Shown piece after piece: positions 48,124-58,470 of a stretch of DNA of 64,000 nucleotides (position 1 is its first letter; the number at the start of each line of letters is the position of its first letter). A model generated the notes under the pieces. The model saw only the letters and a list, made by a program, of their open reading frames with translations, was not told the DNA's origin and did no database searches. The stretch lies in the NCBI GenBank assembly GCA_963677895.2, contig CAXXGJ010000006.1, positions 224,001-288,000 on the forward strand. The letters run 5' to 3'. The translations under genes and the position numbers were made by a program. Source of the DNA: Treponemataceae bacterium. Its GTDB lineage: Bacteria; Spirochaetota; Spirochaetia; Treponematales; Rectinemataceae.

Positions 48124-48774
48124 TTACTCTGTATACCCCAATTGCTGAATGAAAAGAGGTACTTCGTCTTTTCCAAGCTTGAGGGCTTCGCTGGCGTCCG
48201 CCGCTTTAAGCGTGTACTGGACGATGGAGGCCAGTTTCAAGGAAGAAGCGGTCAGTGAAATATTCTGGGCGGAAAAACCGGCTGTCGCATGCGCCATCTG
48301 CAGGAATAGCGCCGGGTTGGTTTTTAGGAACGAGGGAGTGAGCGCGTTGTCCACCGTATAAAGGATGAGCGCCGAGGCCGTCTGGGAGGCCGCGGAAGAA
48401 ACTTTGGATCGAACGTCCGTTCCGTTTATGAACTGCAGGCTGTTCTTGTCGGCCAGGTATTTCCAGCTTCCCTTATCAGTCAGGACATAGATATTGATAT
48501 ACGCGTTGTCGCCCGAGAACGAGATGTTCCGTCCCGCCTTGGTGGCGCTCGTGACGGCATCGACTTTTCGCGGCCCGAGCCCCGCCCACAATATAGTGGA
48601 AAGATCAGCGGTCGGGATGTCTTTCTTAATGAAGGTTTTGGAAACCTTGCGGTTGGTTATGGCGCCGAGAAGATCGACGCCGCTTTTGCCGGCAGGCGGA
48701 GGAAGTGCGATGTCCTGTGCCCATAGCGTCGCCGCCGAAACCGCGATCAAAAGAATAAAAAGCGCTTTTTTCAT
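48124..48774 (-). CDS. Exported nitroreductase-family protein
   Basis: Signal peptide; AITNRKVSK.F, LSTILWAG, AGFSAQNISL. Confidence 0.75.
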   Translation of the reverse strand: MKKALFILLIAVSAATLWAQDIALPPPAGKSGVDLLGAITNRKVSKTFIKKDIPTADLSTILWAGLGPRKVDAVTSATKAGRNISFSGDNAYINIYVLTDKGSWKYLADKNSLQFINGTDVRSKVSSAASQTASALILYTVDNALTPSFLKTNPALFLQMAHATAGFSAQNISLTASSLKLASIVQYTLKAADASEALKLGKDEVPLFIQQLGYTE

Positions 48775-49034
48775 GCATTACTCCTTGGGAAAATCTGAAG
48801 CCTGGTGATGGACATAATTCCCCATCAGTCCGCTCAAGCTTAAATATAGTTACAAACAATGAATATTTTATGAATGGCAGGTGGAATTAGCGTGATTGCC
48901 TCAAGAAATCCGCTTCGCGCCGGTATCCTGCCTGCCGGAATGCATACAAAGAACGCATTGAATTCATAGACCATTCATATCCATGGCGTATGCTCGGATC
49001 ATACGAGCTATCTACCCAGGAAGGCGCCAAGAGC

Positions 49035-50381
49035 ATGAAAAAAACCACGATATTCATAGTCGACATGACCTGTTCTTCCTGCGAGGCTCGGATCGCGAGG
49101 ACGCTCGCGGCTATCGATGGCGTGATCTCCGCGCGGGTCAGCCTCAAGGGAGGCCGCGCCGATATCGAATATGACGACAGCCGGACGACGATCGAAGCGA
49201 TGAAGGCCGCGATTGGAAAAGCCGGGTATACCGTCGGCGCGGGCGGCGGCGCAAGCACGACGATCGCCGTGGGTATAGGCCTCATTCTCGCGGCGCTCTA
49301 TATGGTCGCGAGCGCGGCGGGGCTTTTCAACGGCCTTCCGACGATAAACGCCTCCCTTGGCTATGGAATGCTTTTTGTGGTCGGGATGCTGACCTCGGTT
49401 CACTGCGTAGCCATGTGCGGCGGGATCGCCCTGTCGCAAAGCGTCGGCGCCGGAATCGCGGGAGCCGGCGTCGCGGGAGCCGGCGGAAATCGCAAAAAGC
49501 TTATGCCCGGCCTTCTGTACAACGGGGGAAGGGTCGTTTCCTATACTATCGTAGGCGGCATCGTCGGCGCTCTCGGCGCCGCGTTCAGCTTTTCGCCCGT
49601 TATGAAAGGAGTCATCGCCGCGGCGGCCGGTCTTTTCATGATCCTTTTTGGCCTCAAGATGCTCGGCCTGCTCTCCGGGTTGCCGAGGATGTCCCGAATA
49701 ATTCCCTCTCCGCTCAGGCGCGCCGTCGGCCGTTTCTCGTCGGCTCTCGGAAAGCGGGGACCTTTCGCCGTCGGTATCCTCAACGGCCTCATGCCCTGCG
49801 GCCCGCTTCAGACAATGCAGTTGTATGCCCTCGGGACGGGCAGCTTTTTTGCCGGCGCGCTGTCCATGTTCATCTTCTCGCTCGGCACCGTGCCGCTCAT
49901 GCTCGCTTTCAGCCTCGCGGCGGCCTTCATCCCCAAAAGACTCGTTCCCGCGATGGTCAAGGCCAGCGCCGTTCTCGTCATGTTCCTGGGTCTGATGACG
50001 CTCGGCAGAGCCGCGGCTCTCTCCGGAATCGCGATTCCCGAGACCCCCTCGCTCGGTATCGCGGGCGGTTTCGCCAAGGCGACAGTCCTGGACGGCGCCC
50101 AGACCGTGCTCACGGATTTCGGTACATCCGGATATTACATGCCCTTCGCCGTCCAGGCGGGCATTCCCATAAAGTGGACAATCAGAGTCACAGCCGAGGG
50201 ACTCAATGGCTGCAATAACCCCATCACCCTTCCCTCGTATGGAATCCGGAAAACACTCGTGCCGGGGGACAACCTCATCGAATTCACGCCGAATAATGAA
50301 GGCGTTATCGCGTACACGTGCTGGATGGGCATGATATCGAGCCGCATCAAGGTGGTGAAAGACCTCGCCAGCGAAAGGTAA
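49035..50381 (+). CDS. HMA + DsbD_2/TauE-type membrane protein with C-terminal cupredoxin-like domain
   Basis: MTCSSC, HCVAMCGG, YNGGRVVSY, GLMPCGPLQ, GCN..YTCWMGM. Confidence 0.85.
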   Translation: MKKTTIFIVDMTCSSCEARIARTLAAIDGVISARVSLKGGRADIEYDDSRTTIEAMKAAIGKAGYTVGAGGGASTTIAVGIGLILAALYMVASAAGLFNGLPTINASLGYGMLFVVGMLTSVHCVAMCGGIALSQSVGAGIAGAGVAGAGGNRKKLMPGLLYNGGRVVSYTIVGGIVGALGAAFSFSPVMKGVIAAAAGLFMILFGLKMLGLLSGLPRMSRIIPSPLRRAVGRFSSALGKRGPFAVGILNGLMPCGPLQTMQLYALGTGSFFAGALSMFIFSLGTVPLMLAFSLAAAFIPKRLVPAMVKASAVLVMFLGLMTLGRAAALSGIAIPETPSLGIAGGFAKATVLDGAQTVLTDFGTSGYYMPFAVQAGIPIKWTIRVTAEGLNGCNNPITLPSYGIRKTLVPGDNLIEFTPNNEGVIAYTCWMGMISSRIKVVKDLASER

Positions 50382-50471
50382 TCGCGAATCCGCGGGAAAA
50401 ACACCGAGCGTTCATACGCCGTTCACAAAGCGGCGATATCATCGTACTCAATCGATGACGAAGGAGATGGA

Positions 50472-50696
50472 GTGATGAGAAAACTGCTGACGATAGAAGG
50501 AATGAGCTGCGGACATTGCACGATGCATGTTCAGTCCGCGCTCGAAGATATTCCGGGAGTGACGAAGGTCGATGTCGACCTGCTCAAGAAGAGCGCGATG
50601 GTCGAAGGCGATGGCGACAACTTCAACGATGTGGCCTTCAAGCTTGCCGTCGCCGAGGCTGGTTACCGCGTCACCGCTATCCTCGGCGGGCGCTAA
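50472..50696 (+). CDS. CopZ-like heavy-metal-associated chaperone
   Basis: IEGMSCGHC, AVAEAGY. Confidence 0.9.
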   Translation: MMRKLLTIEGMSCGHCTMHVQSALEDIPGVTKVDVDLLKKSAMVEGDGDNFNDVAFKLAVAEAGYRVTAILGGR

Positions 50697-50725
50697 TCAG
50701 TGTCTTCGGACACTAAGGAGTCGAG

Positions 50726-51460
50726 ATGAAAAATTTTAAATATCATGGCGCAGTGTTTGGGGCGACTGTCCTTGCGATTACCCTCGCCCTCGCGTTGAGC
50801 GGCTGCGCGAGCACCGACGTGGTCGGGAAAGTGGCGAAGACTTCGTTCAAGGCTGTCCTGGACGCTTCGAAAGACAATGTCTCGTTCTCGAGCGAAGACG
50901 AGTCCTGGGTGCTCAAGTCCTCCGCGGGCGATGAAGTCTTGTTCTCCTCAAACTTCGCCCGCAACGCGGCGAGCGCGGGCGGCATGGCCGACATGGACAA
51001 GCCCGACGTGGAATTCACCTTCGACGCGGCTCCCTTCCTCGCCGCGGGTCTCGACCTCGCCAAGCTTCCGATGATCGACGGAATAAAATACGAAATCGAA
51101 GATGGCCGCTTCATGCTCCATTTCGAGCTCGGGAACGACGCTTTCTCGGCCGACGCGGCAAAATCCTTCGAAGCCACATTCTCTGAGGTCGTTCGCACCC
51201 AACGCTCGAGGATCGGCTATCACGAAAAGCTCGATCACTATGGAATCGGTCTCGGCGACGGCAACATGTTCGAATGGGCCAAGGACATGTCCAAGAACGA
51301 CAAGGATATCGTCTGGGTTCTCAATCCCGCGCCTTTCATCGCCGCCGGCGTCAATCCCGCCACAATCGAGGGCTGGATCTTCGCGAAAGTCGAGACCAAG
51401 GATGACAAGGGCAAAGCGGTTTTTACGGACAAGCTGCTCAAGCCATTCAATCTGGAATAA
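50726..51460 (+). CDS. Hypothetical lipoprotein
   Basis: Lipobox LALSG-C; GYHEKLDHYG, FEWAKD. Confidence 0.75.
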   Translation: MKNFKYHGAVFGATVLAITLALALSGCASTDVVGKVAKTSFKAVLDASKDNVSFSSEDESWVLKSSAGDEVLFSSNFARNAASAGGMADMDKPDVEFTFDAAPFLAAGLDLAKLPMIDGIKYEIEDGRFMLHFELGNDAFSADAAKSFEATFSEVVRTQRSRIGYHEKLDHYGIGLGDGNMFEWAKDMSKNDKDIVWVLNPAPFIAAGVNPATIEGWIFAKVETKDDKGKAVFTDKLLKPFNLE

Positions 51461-51588
51461 ACCTCGCACCCGCGGGTTGTCCATCGGAGCGCGGCTTCTC
51501 TTCGGAGGAAGCCGCGCTTTTCTTATTTTCTGGATAGGCGCAAGATTTATGGCTATACTAGCCTTAGTGACAGCGAGGGAGGCCAAGC

Positions 51589-52293
51589 GTGCCGGTCAAA
51601 ATTCTTGTCGCCGACGATGAAGAGAAAATAGCCGCGATGGTGGGGAGCTATCTCGAAGCTAACGGCTTTCAGCCGCTCATCGCGCATGATGGGACGCGCG
51701 CGCTTGCCCTCTTCAGGGAACAAGCTCCCGCCTGCCTCATCCTCGACATCAATATGCCCGGCTTGAACGGGCTCGATGTGGCCCGCGAAGCGAGGAAGAC
51801 CTCGTCGGTGCCGATCATCTTCCTGACGGCAAGGGCCGAAGAAACCGATAAAATAATAGGCCTTGAGCTCGGCGCCGACGACTATATTTCCAAGCCCTTC
51901 AGCCCTCGGGAACTCGTCGCGCGGATCCGCGCGGTACTGCGTCGCACAACGTCGCCTCCCTTGGCGGACGAGCGCGAAGGGCCAATCCGCCGCGGCGGGA
52001 TCGAGATCGATTTCCGGAAAAGATCGGTGAAAGTCGCGGGGCAGCTTAAAAACCTGACGACCGTACAGCTCGATATTCTCGGCCTCCTCATGCGCGAACC
52101 GGAAAGGGTGTTCAGCCGTCTGGAAATCCTGGAGCGCTGCATGGGCACCAGCTACGACGGCTACGAAAGGACGATAGACGCCCATATCAAGAATATCCGC
52201 AAGGCCTTGGGCGACGACAGCGAAAACCCGAGGTTCATAAGCACGGTGCGGGGAGCCGGCTATAAATTCCTGGAGCAGTCCAGTGAAGCTTAG
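51589..52293 (+). CDS. OmpR-family response regulator (BaeR-like)
   Basis: ILVADDE, LDINMP, FLTAR, GADDYISKPF, RTIDAHIKNIR. Confidence 0.93.
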   Translation: MPVKILVADDEEKIAAMVGSYLEANGFQPLIAHDGTRALALFREQAPACLILDINMPGLNGLDVAREARKTSSVPIIFLTARAEETDKIIGLELGADDYISKPFSPRELVARIRAVLRRTTSPPLADEREGPIRRGGIEIDFRKRSVKVAGQLKNLTTVQLDILGLLMREPERVFSRLEILERCMGTSYDGYERTIDAHIKNIRKALGDDSENPRFISTVRGAGYKFLEQSSEA

Positions 52294-53725
52294 ATCGCGA
52301 CTGGCGATATATTTTTTCCTGGTCATCGCCGTGGTGGCGGGCACGACGCTTTTTTTCGTTCGGCGATCGACTGAAAGCAATTTCCGCTCCTTCATCTTCG
52401 CCGGGGATTCGGGCAAAGCCAGAGTCTACGCCACGATCCTCGCCGAATACTACAGTGAACACAAAGACTGGATAGACCTTCAGTCCTTCCTTTCGGAGAT
52501 GCCACAGCTCGCTTTTTTCGGGCTCGACCAACGCATCCATGGGGAACGCGGCGGCACGCCTCTATCACCCTATCCTTCCGAGACTATCAGCGCGCTGCTC
52601 TCGGACCGGATCGCGGTGGCCGACATTAACGGAATAATCGTGGCCGATACTTCCGGCGAGCTTCTTCGTACCGTTCATCCCCCGAAACACCTGGCGCACG
52701 GCGTTCCTATCATGGTGAATTCCGAACAGAAGGGGACGGTGTTGGTGGGATCGATGGTGGATTCTTCCCTCACGGGGATGAGCGAGCGTTTTCTCGGCTC
52801 GATCACCGAGGCGCTCATCTGGGCGGTCGCGTTGTCGGCGGGGCTCGCGCTCGTCCTCGGCATGATACTTTCGGCGCAGGTGACGCGGCCCGTCACCATG
52901 CTCACCCGCGCGGCGCGAAGCGTGGCCGCGGGGAACTTGTCGACGGTGGTTGAAACAACCGGGAAAAAAGACGCAAAGGACGAGATATCGGAACTGGCGC
53001 AATCGTTCAACGCGATGACCGAAGAGCTCAACCGCCTCGAGGAGGCGAAAAAACAGATCATCGCCGATTCCGCCCACGAACTCAGGACGCCTTTGACGCT
53101 TATACAGGGCACCATCGAGGCGATGATCGACGGGGTCTATCCCCTCGACATCCCGACGCTGGAATCGGTCCATGAGGAAACCGTGAGACTTTCCCATCTC
53201 GTCGATATGCTGCGGGAACTGGATATCATCCAATCGGGCAGGCTTTCGCTTCATCTGGAATCGATCGACGGCATGGAGCTTTTGCGCAAGACGGCGACGC
53301 TCTTCGCCGCCTCGGCCAAGGGAAAAAACATCAGTCTGACGGTCGAAGAGCCTTCCTCTTCGCCTTCGCCTTCGATAAACGCTGATTATCTCCGTATCGG
53401 GGAAGTCGTCTACAATCTCGTCTCGAACGCCATCAAGTACACGCCGGCGGAAGGAAAGGTCAGGCTGCGCGTTGAAGACGACAGGAAGCTGGGCCTGGTT
53501 CATTTCTATGTCGACGATTCAGGGCCGGGCATCCCGGCCGACGAGAGGGGGCGAATATTCGAACGCTTCTACCGGATCGACAAATCCCGCGCCGCGGATA
53601 GAGGCGGCCGGGGATTGGGGCTCGCCATCGCGAGCGAGATCGCCAAAGCCCACGGAGGAAGCATCGTCGTGGGAGATTCCGACTTGGGCGGCGCCTCGTT
53701 CGTCCTCACGCTCAGGTCGGCATGA
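52283..53725 (+). CDS. Sensor histidine kinase (BaeS-like, HAMP)
   Basis: AHELRTPL, NLVSNAIKY, DSGPGI, FERFYR, GLGLAI. Confidence 0.93.
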   Translation: MKLRSRLAIYFFLVIAVVAGTTLFFVRRSTESNFRSFIFAGDSGKARVYATILAEYYSEHKDWIDLQSFLSEMPQLAFFGLDQRIHGERGGTPLSPYPSETISALLSDRIAVADINGIIVADTSGELLRTVHPPKHLAHGVPIMVNSEQKGTVLVGSMVDSSLTGMSERFLGSITEALIWAVALSAGLALVLGMILSAQVTRPVTMLTRAARSVAAGNLSTVVETTGKKDAKDEISELAQSFNAMTEELNRLEEAKKQIIADSAHELRTPLTLIQGTIEAMIDGVYPLDIPTLESVHEETVRLSHLVDMLRELDIIQSGRLSLHLESIDGMELLRKTATLFAASAKGKNISLTVEEPSSSPSPSINADYLRIGEVVYNLVSNAIKYTPAEGKVRLRVEDDRKLGLVHFYVDDSGPGIPADERGRIFERFYRIDKSRAADRGGRGLGLAIASEIAKAHGGSIVVGDSDLGGASFVLTLRSA

Positions 53726-53727
53726 TT

Positions 53728-54210
53728 TCAATTCCTTTTCCAGTTGGCGAAGTAGGGCGCGACGCTCGCCAGATACTGCCGGGAAATCCCGATGGAATCC
53801 CCGAGGTCGGTCTTTTCCTTTCCGAGGATGGGGATGGGATTGCATCCGCCCTTAATTTTTTCGATCTGATCCAGACTGAATCGATTCCCGCAGTTCTGGC
53901 AAACGAAGAAGGCACCTTCCTGTTTGTAATAGCCGCGCCCTGATGAATAACATATCTGACATGTGTTGAGCGCCGTCCGGATCGTTCCGTCCGAGGCCTT
54001 GACGGCGAAGATCTCCATATTTTTGCCGTCGACAACGTAGGGGTAGAATTTTGCCCTGACCGTTATGTCCTTCTTTTTTATGACGATCCCCCAGTCGGCT
54101 GATGCCTTGGTTCCGCCCTCCTGCGAAAACGCGAAAGGAAGGGTAAACATTGCGAGAGCAATACTGATCGCTGCCGCGCGGACAATCCTGCCTGAAATCT
54201 TTCTATTCAT
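53728..54210 (-). CDS. DUF2318-like exported Cys-rich (Fe-S/metal-binding) protein
   Basis: RTALNTCQIC..GYY..FVCQNCG..GGCNPIP; signal-like N-terminus from ATG 54210. Confidence 0.8.
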   Translation of the reverse strand: MNRKISGRIVRAAAISIALAMFTLPFAFSQEGGTKASADWGIVIKKKDITVRAKFYPYVVDGKNMEIFAVKASDGTIRTALNTCQICYSSGRGYYKQEGAFFVCQNCGNRFSLDQIEKIKGGCNPIPILGKEKTDLGDSIGISRQYLASVAPYFANWKRN

Positions 54211-54391
54211 GTACGTCCTCCGGGTCGATGCTTTCGGCATTGTATTCTTCCTGTGTGAACAGGGCGTGAATCCCGGATAGTGTTGGCGTGAATTTTCGCT
54301 GCGCTTTCCGTCGCCCGCTCGTCGTTCTTGATCTGTGGGAGTCGATCCATACGTCAGAAACAGGTTTCGCATCGTGAATGAAAAACCGCTA

Positions 54392-54443
54392 TTGACAAAT
54401 TAAATATGCATGCTATTCTGGCCAATATCCCCCAGGGGGGGAT
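54392..54443 (+). promoter_or_regulatory. Promoter with CsoR/RcnR-type G/C-tract operator
   Basis: TTGACA (54392)-16 bp-TATTCT with TG extension; ATCCCCC-AGG-GGGGGAT inverted repeat at 54427-54443. Confidence 0.65.
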
Positions 54444-54456
54444 TAAGGAGATAAGC

Positions 54457-54642
54457 ATGCACGAAGGAAAACATGGGATTTTAGACGGCGTGGACGATAT
54501 CGACGATGTCTTTGGAACCAAAGACGAGCATGAAAACGATTTGGAACATAATGCCGACCACAGCCATGATCACGATCATGACAAGAAAGGAAAGAAGGAA
54601 GAACAGAAACCACACACACACGGTAAAGGCTGTAACTGCTGA
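54457..54642 (+). CDS. Small His/Asp-rich putative metal-binding peptide
   Basis: RBS AAGGAG; EHENDLEHNADHSHDHDHD..HTHGKGCNC. Confidence 0.7.
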   Translation: MHEGKHGILDGVDDIDDVFGTKDEHENDLEHNADHSHDHDHDKKGKKEEQKPHTHGKGCNC

Positions 54643-54657
54643 AAGGAGATAAGGTCG

Positions 54658-56583
54658 ATGGAAAGCGCCAAGGTTTCTGCTGTCAAGGATGGAGCGTCGG
54701 GGAAAAATCCGATGCTGAAGTATAAGTTATTCATATTCCCTGGAGCGATCGCCGTATTATTGATCCTCGCGGCGCTATTTGAGTACGTCTGGAAAGACGC
54801 GCTTCCCTTCAGCTTCGCGTTGATACCATTGGTTATTGCCGGTGGGTTTGTCGTGAAGTCGACGGTAGAAGCGATCTTCACGCTCAAGAAAGTGACAGCG
54901 GGTACTTTGGTCGTGTTGGCCTTGATCGGGACCACCTACGTGGGGGAGTATTTAGCCGGAGCCGTAGTCTCTTTCATGATGATCTTCGGTGAATTTCTCG
55001 AAGAACTCACGATGGAAAAGACGAAAAACGCGGTCCGGGAACTGATTCGGCTCGTACCCCTTACGTGCAGGAAAAAAATCGACGGCGAGTACGTGCTCGT
55101 CTCGATCAAGCAGATTCGTGTCGGCGATTATGTGCAGGTTATCCCCGGGGATAGGATACCTATCGATGGCGTGATTGTCGCGGGCCATGCGGCGGTGAAC
55201 GAATCCTCCATTACCGGTGAGTCGATGCCGGTGGACAAGGCTCCGGGCGACAAAGTCTTCGTTGGATCGCTGAATGAAAACGGCGTGATGGAAATTCTCA
55301 CGGAGAAGATTGGGTCGGACACGGTTCTTGGGCGGATCATCAAAACGGTGCATCAGGCGCAGAACAATAAGGGCAAAGCGCAAAAGACCGCCGACCAGTT
55401 CGCGAAATATTTTCTCCCGATAATTATTACGGTGTGCGTCATCGTGTATTTCCTGACCTTCGATCTCATGAGGGTCATGACTATTCTTGTGATCGCTTGT
55501 CCCTGCGCCCTCGTGTTGGCGACGCCCACAGCCGTCGTCGCCGCTGTCGGGAACGCGGCCAAGAAAGGCGTGTTGATCAAGGGCGGCATCGCGCTTGAAA
55601 CCTGCGCCAAAGTGACTACGGTCTGTTTCGACAAGACGGGAACCATCACGTTAGGCGAACCTAATGTAGTGGCATTCGAAGGCTTTAATGGACATTCGCG
55701 CGAAGAGTTGAACGATATCGTCGCCATCGTGGAAAAGAACTCGCAGCATCCTATAGGGAAGGCATTGATGCGGTTCTTGGCCGAACAGGGCGTCGATACA
55801 AAAAAAATACCCGACGGGGCTTTCGAGATGCTTTTTGGACGGGGCATCCGCGTCGTTGTGGGTGAAGATATCTATGAAGTCTCAAACCAGCGATCATTGG
55901 ATGGAAAAGAAAATGTGCCGCGTGAAATTCTGGAGTTCTTCACCGGTCAGGAGTCGCTGGGGCGAACGGCTCTTGTCGCGCTCAAGAACGCGGTGCCTGT
56001 GGGCGGCATTGCCGTCGCCGACAAGATCAGGGCTTCGGTGCGGCAGACGGTCCGCGAGCTCATGGATATCGGAGTGAAGCGGGTTGTGGTTCTCACGGGA
56101 GACAATCCAATAACGGCGAAGGCAATCTGCGATGAAGCGGGGATTCCGGAATTCGAAGCGTCGCTTTTGCCCGAAGACAAGCTGGCTCGAATCGAAACGA
56201 TGAAACAGCATGGGGAAGTCGTGGCCATGGTCGGCGATGGCGTCAACGATGCTCCCGCGCTGGTGCTTTCCGATGTCGGGATCGCGATGGGCGCCGCCGG
56301 CACCGATGTGGCGATGGAAGCGTCAAGCATCGCGTTAATGTCCGACAAGATTGAAATGCTGCCCGCGACCTTCGCCCTAAGCCGGCGAACATACAAGATC
56401 ATACAGCAAAACATTTGGGTTTTCGCGGTATTCGTCAACATCGTTGGCGTCATTGTTTCCGGTTTGGGTTGGCTTAATCCAATAATGGCTTCGGTCGTAC
56501 ACAATGCGTCGTCCGTGTTCGTCGTATTGAATTCGTCGCGACTGCTCGGTTTTAAGTACGAGGCCGGCTCTGCGAAAAAGTGA
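54658..56583 (+). CDS. Heavy-metal P1B-type ATPase
   Basis: TGES, CPC, DKTGT, SQHP, VGDGVNDAP; no N-terminal metal-binding domain. Confidence 0.93.
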   Translation: MESAKVSAVKDGASGKNPMLKYKLFIFPGAIAVLLILAALFEYVWKDALPFSFALIPLVIAGGFVVKSTVEAIFTLKKVTAGTLVVLALIGTTYVGEYLAGAVVSFMMIFGEFLEELTMEKTKNAVRELIRLVPLTCRKKIDGEYVLVSIKQIRVGDYVQVIPGDRIPIDGVIVAGHAAVNESSITGESMPVDKAPGDKVFVGSLNENGVMEILTEKIGSDTVLGRIIKTVHQAQNNKGKAQKTADQFAKYFLPIIITVCVIVYFLTFDLMRVMTILVIACPCALVLATPTAVVAAVGNAAKKGVLIKGGIALETCAKVTTVCFDKTGTITLGEPNVVAFEGFNGHSREELNDIVAIVEKNSQHPIGKALMRFLAEQGVDTKKIPDGAFEMLFGRGIRVVVGEDIYEVSNQRSLDGKENVPREILEFFTGQESLGRTALVALKNAVPVGGIAVADKIRASVRQTVRELMDIGVKRVVVLTGDNPITAKAICDEAGIPEFEASLLPEDKLARIETMKQHGEVVAMVGDGVNDAPALVLSDVGIAMGAAGTDVAMEASSIALMSDKIEMLPATFALSRRTYKIIQQNIWVFAVFVNIVGVIVSGLGWLNPIMASVVHNASSVFVVLNSSRLLGFKYEAGSAKK

Positions 56584-56611
56584 GTCGATAGAACAAATCC
56601 TCCAAGCTCTT

Positions 56612-57703
56612 GTGAGGATACGATCGGATGTCGGTTCCGATATGGAGCCTGTGATGGAGCGTGCCGCGGGCATCCTCATGGATATGGGATTAACCGTCGC
56701 GCGTTATGCGTTTTCGCCAGATTCTCCATGCATCGTGGCAAGGTATTCAGCGCATTCCGGAAAGTCATCGGGGATCGGATCGATCGTTCTTTATTGTCAT
56801 CTCGATACAGCGACATATGAAACGGGGAAATGGAGAGTGGATCCCCTTTCGGCGACGGAAACAAAGGGAAGGATTTACGGCCGGGGAACGATCGATTGCA
56901 AAGGTTTGGCGGCTGTGTGGTTGTCGCTTCTTCGGAAGATCTCCGCCCGCGAGGAGAATTTGCCCTTCGATCTTGTGTTTGTCGCCGTAAGCGATGAAGA
57001 GAAGACCGAAAGCGAAGCCATGGAAAAGCTTCTGGAGACAACAACGGAATTCGAAGGGACAATCCTGGTTTTAGGAGAAGGTGGAGGAATTCCGCTGCGC
57101 TCCGGGAGCTTAACATACTATACGCTCCAGACCGGTGAAATGGAACGCTGGACATTCAAAACAGCCCCAACCATCAAACCGCGGCGATTCAGGCTGGGAG
57201 CTTTGCTTGAGGGATTCTGGCGCAGGGCCTACACAAGAGAAACCCTGGGATTCGTGGTACGCGGCATTCTTGGATTCCGCGATCCCGACCGATCTCTGGA
57301 ATCGAATCCTTTGGAGCAGGAAGGGGCCGAAGGACTTATCTGGTATCGGACAGCTTTTGGAAAATGTCCTCTGCCTTTCAGCTCCAGTAACAATGTGGTT
57401 ACGAATATCGTCGCGACAGGGGTACCGAGAGCGTCGAACATTGGCATAAGGACCGCAAGGAGAGTATTGCGGCGGATCGACAGGAAGTTTCGAGTGTTGC
57501 CCCTGGTTACGCGAGGATACAGCGACAATAGATGCTTTAGGATACGCGGGATACCAACCTTAGGCTTTTTCCCATTATTGACGGGAAACTCCCTGGCCGG
57601 ATGTCACCGCGAAAATGAGTATATATCGATAAAGAGTCTGCATTTTGCGGAAGAAGTGCTGGAGTCGATGCTGATGGAATTTAAGGAGGCGATCGGTGGG
57701 TAA
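56612..57703 (+). CDS. M20/M25/M40 family metallopeptidase-like protein
   Basis: CHLDT, YGRGTIDCKG, SDEE, GEGGG, SDNR, CHRENE. Confidence 0.75.
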   Translation: MRIRSDVGSDMEPVMERAAGILMDMGLTVARYAFSPDSPCIVARYSAHSGKSSGIGSIVLYCHLDTATYETGKWRVDPLSATETKGRIYGRGTIDCKGLAAVWLSLLRKISAREENLPFDLVFVAVSDEEKTESEAMEKLLETTTEFEGTILVLGEGGGIPLRSGSLTYYTLQTGEMERWTFKTAPTIKPRRFRLGALLEGFWRRAYTRETLGFVVRGILGFRDPDRSLESNPLEQEGAEGLIWYRTAFGKCPLPFSSSNNVVTNIVATGVPRASNIGIRTARRVLRRIDRKFRVLPLVTRGYSDNRCFRIRGIPTLGFFPLLTGNSLAGCHRENEYISIKSLHFAEEVLESMLMEFKEAIGG

Positions 57704-58439
57704 GAGAATCCTATTGCTTGGCGTGTACGGTATGGAAATGGTGGAATGCGGTGGAGCCTTGGCGGTGAACGCGCGTTCCGGCGGAGAATCGTTCGCCTCT
57801 ATCATGCTTGCCGGAAATCAGATGAAGGCAAATTGCCTGAAGGCCGCGGATATCCTGGGCGTAAAAAAAGTATACTTCAACGGCTTTGAAAGGGGAGAGG
57901 TGGATCTTCGCCACGATTACAAGGTCGAACTGATAAAAGTCATTCGGGAGACAAAACCTGACATCGTGATCACCCAAGATCCCGAGCATGTGCTGCAGGA
58001 TCTCGATCCGGACAGGCGGCCCGCGATGACGCTTATCCTGGAGTCGCTTGCCTTAGCCTCGAGGGATTATGTGATGGATGCCACCCCCGGCCTCGAACCG
58101 CATCCGATACCCAAGATCTATTACATGAGTCCGGTAAATCCGAACTGCACGATCAACGTCGCCGATGTCTGGGATCTCAAGGAAAAAGGGATGGATGTGC
58201 TGGTGTCCCAGATGGAATTCAGCGGTAAACATTTCGAGACGAACTTGAGCGCGAAGGAGCTGGATATTCTCGCTCCTGGTTTTGCGGGCCTGAAAACGTA
58301 CTACGAAAAGGGCAGAACGGTGCACTCGGCGATAGATAAAGCCATCCACATGTTCTACGGCGTAGGTGGCCACGGGAGTTTCGCTCTCGCGGAACCATAC
58401 CGTTTCGAAGGGAAGTTCGAGTTCACGGAACTGTATTGA
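57696..58439 (+). CDS. PIG-L family deacetylase-like protein
   Basis: ECGGALA, KAADILGV, IRETKPDIVIT, DPDRR; metal His ligands diverged. Confidence 0.7.
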   Translation: MGKRILLLGVYGMEMVECGGALAVNARSGGESFASIMLAGNQMKANCLKAADILGVKKVYFNGFERGEVDLRHDYKVELIKVIRETKPDIVITQDPEHVLQDLDPDRRPAMTLILESLALASRDYVMDATPGLEPHPIPKIYYMSPVNPNCTINVADVWDLKEKGMDVLVSQMEFSGKHFETNLSAKELDILAPGFAGLKTYYEKGRTVHSAIDKAIHMFYGVGGHGSFALAEPYRFEGKFEFTELY

Positions 58440-58470
58440 GCTTTTTATTGAGACCTATAGGAGGTATGAC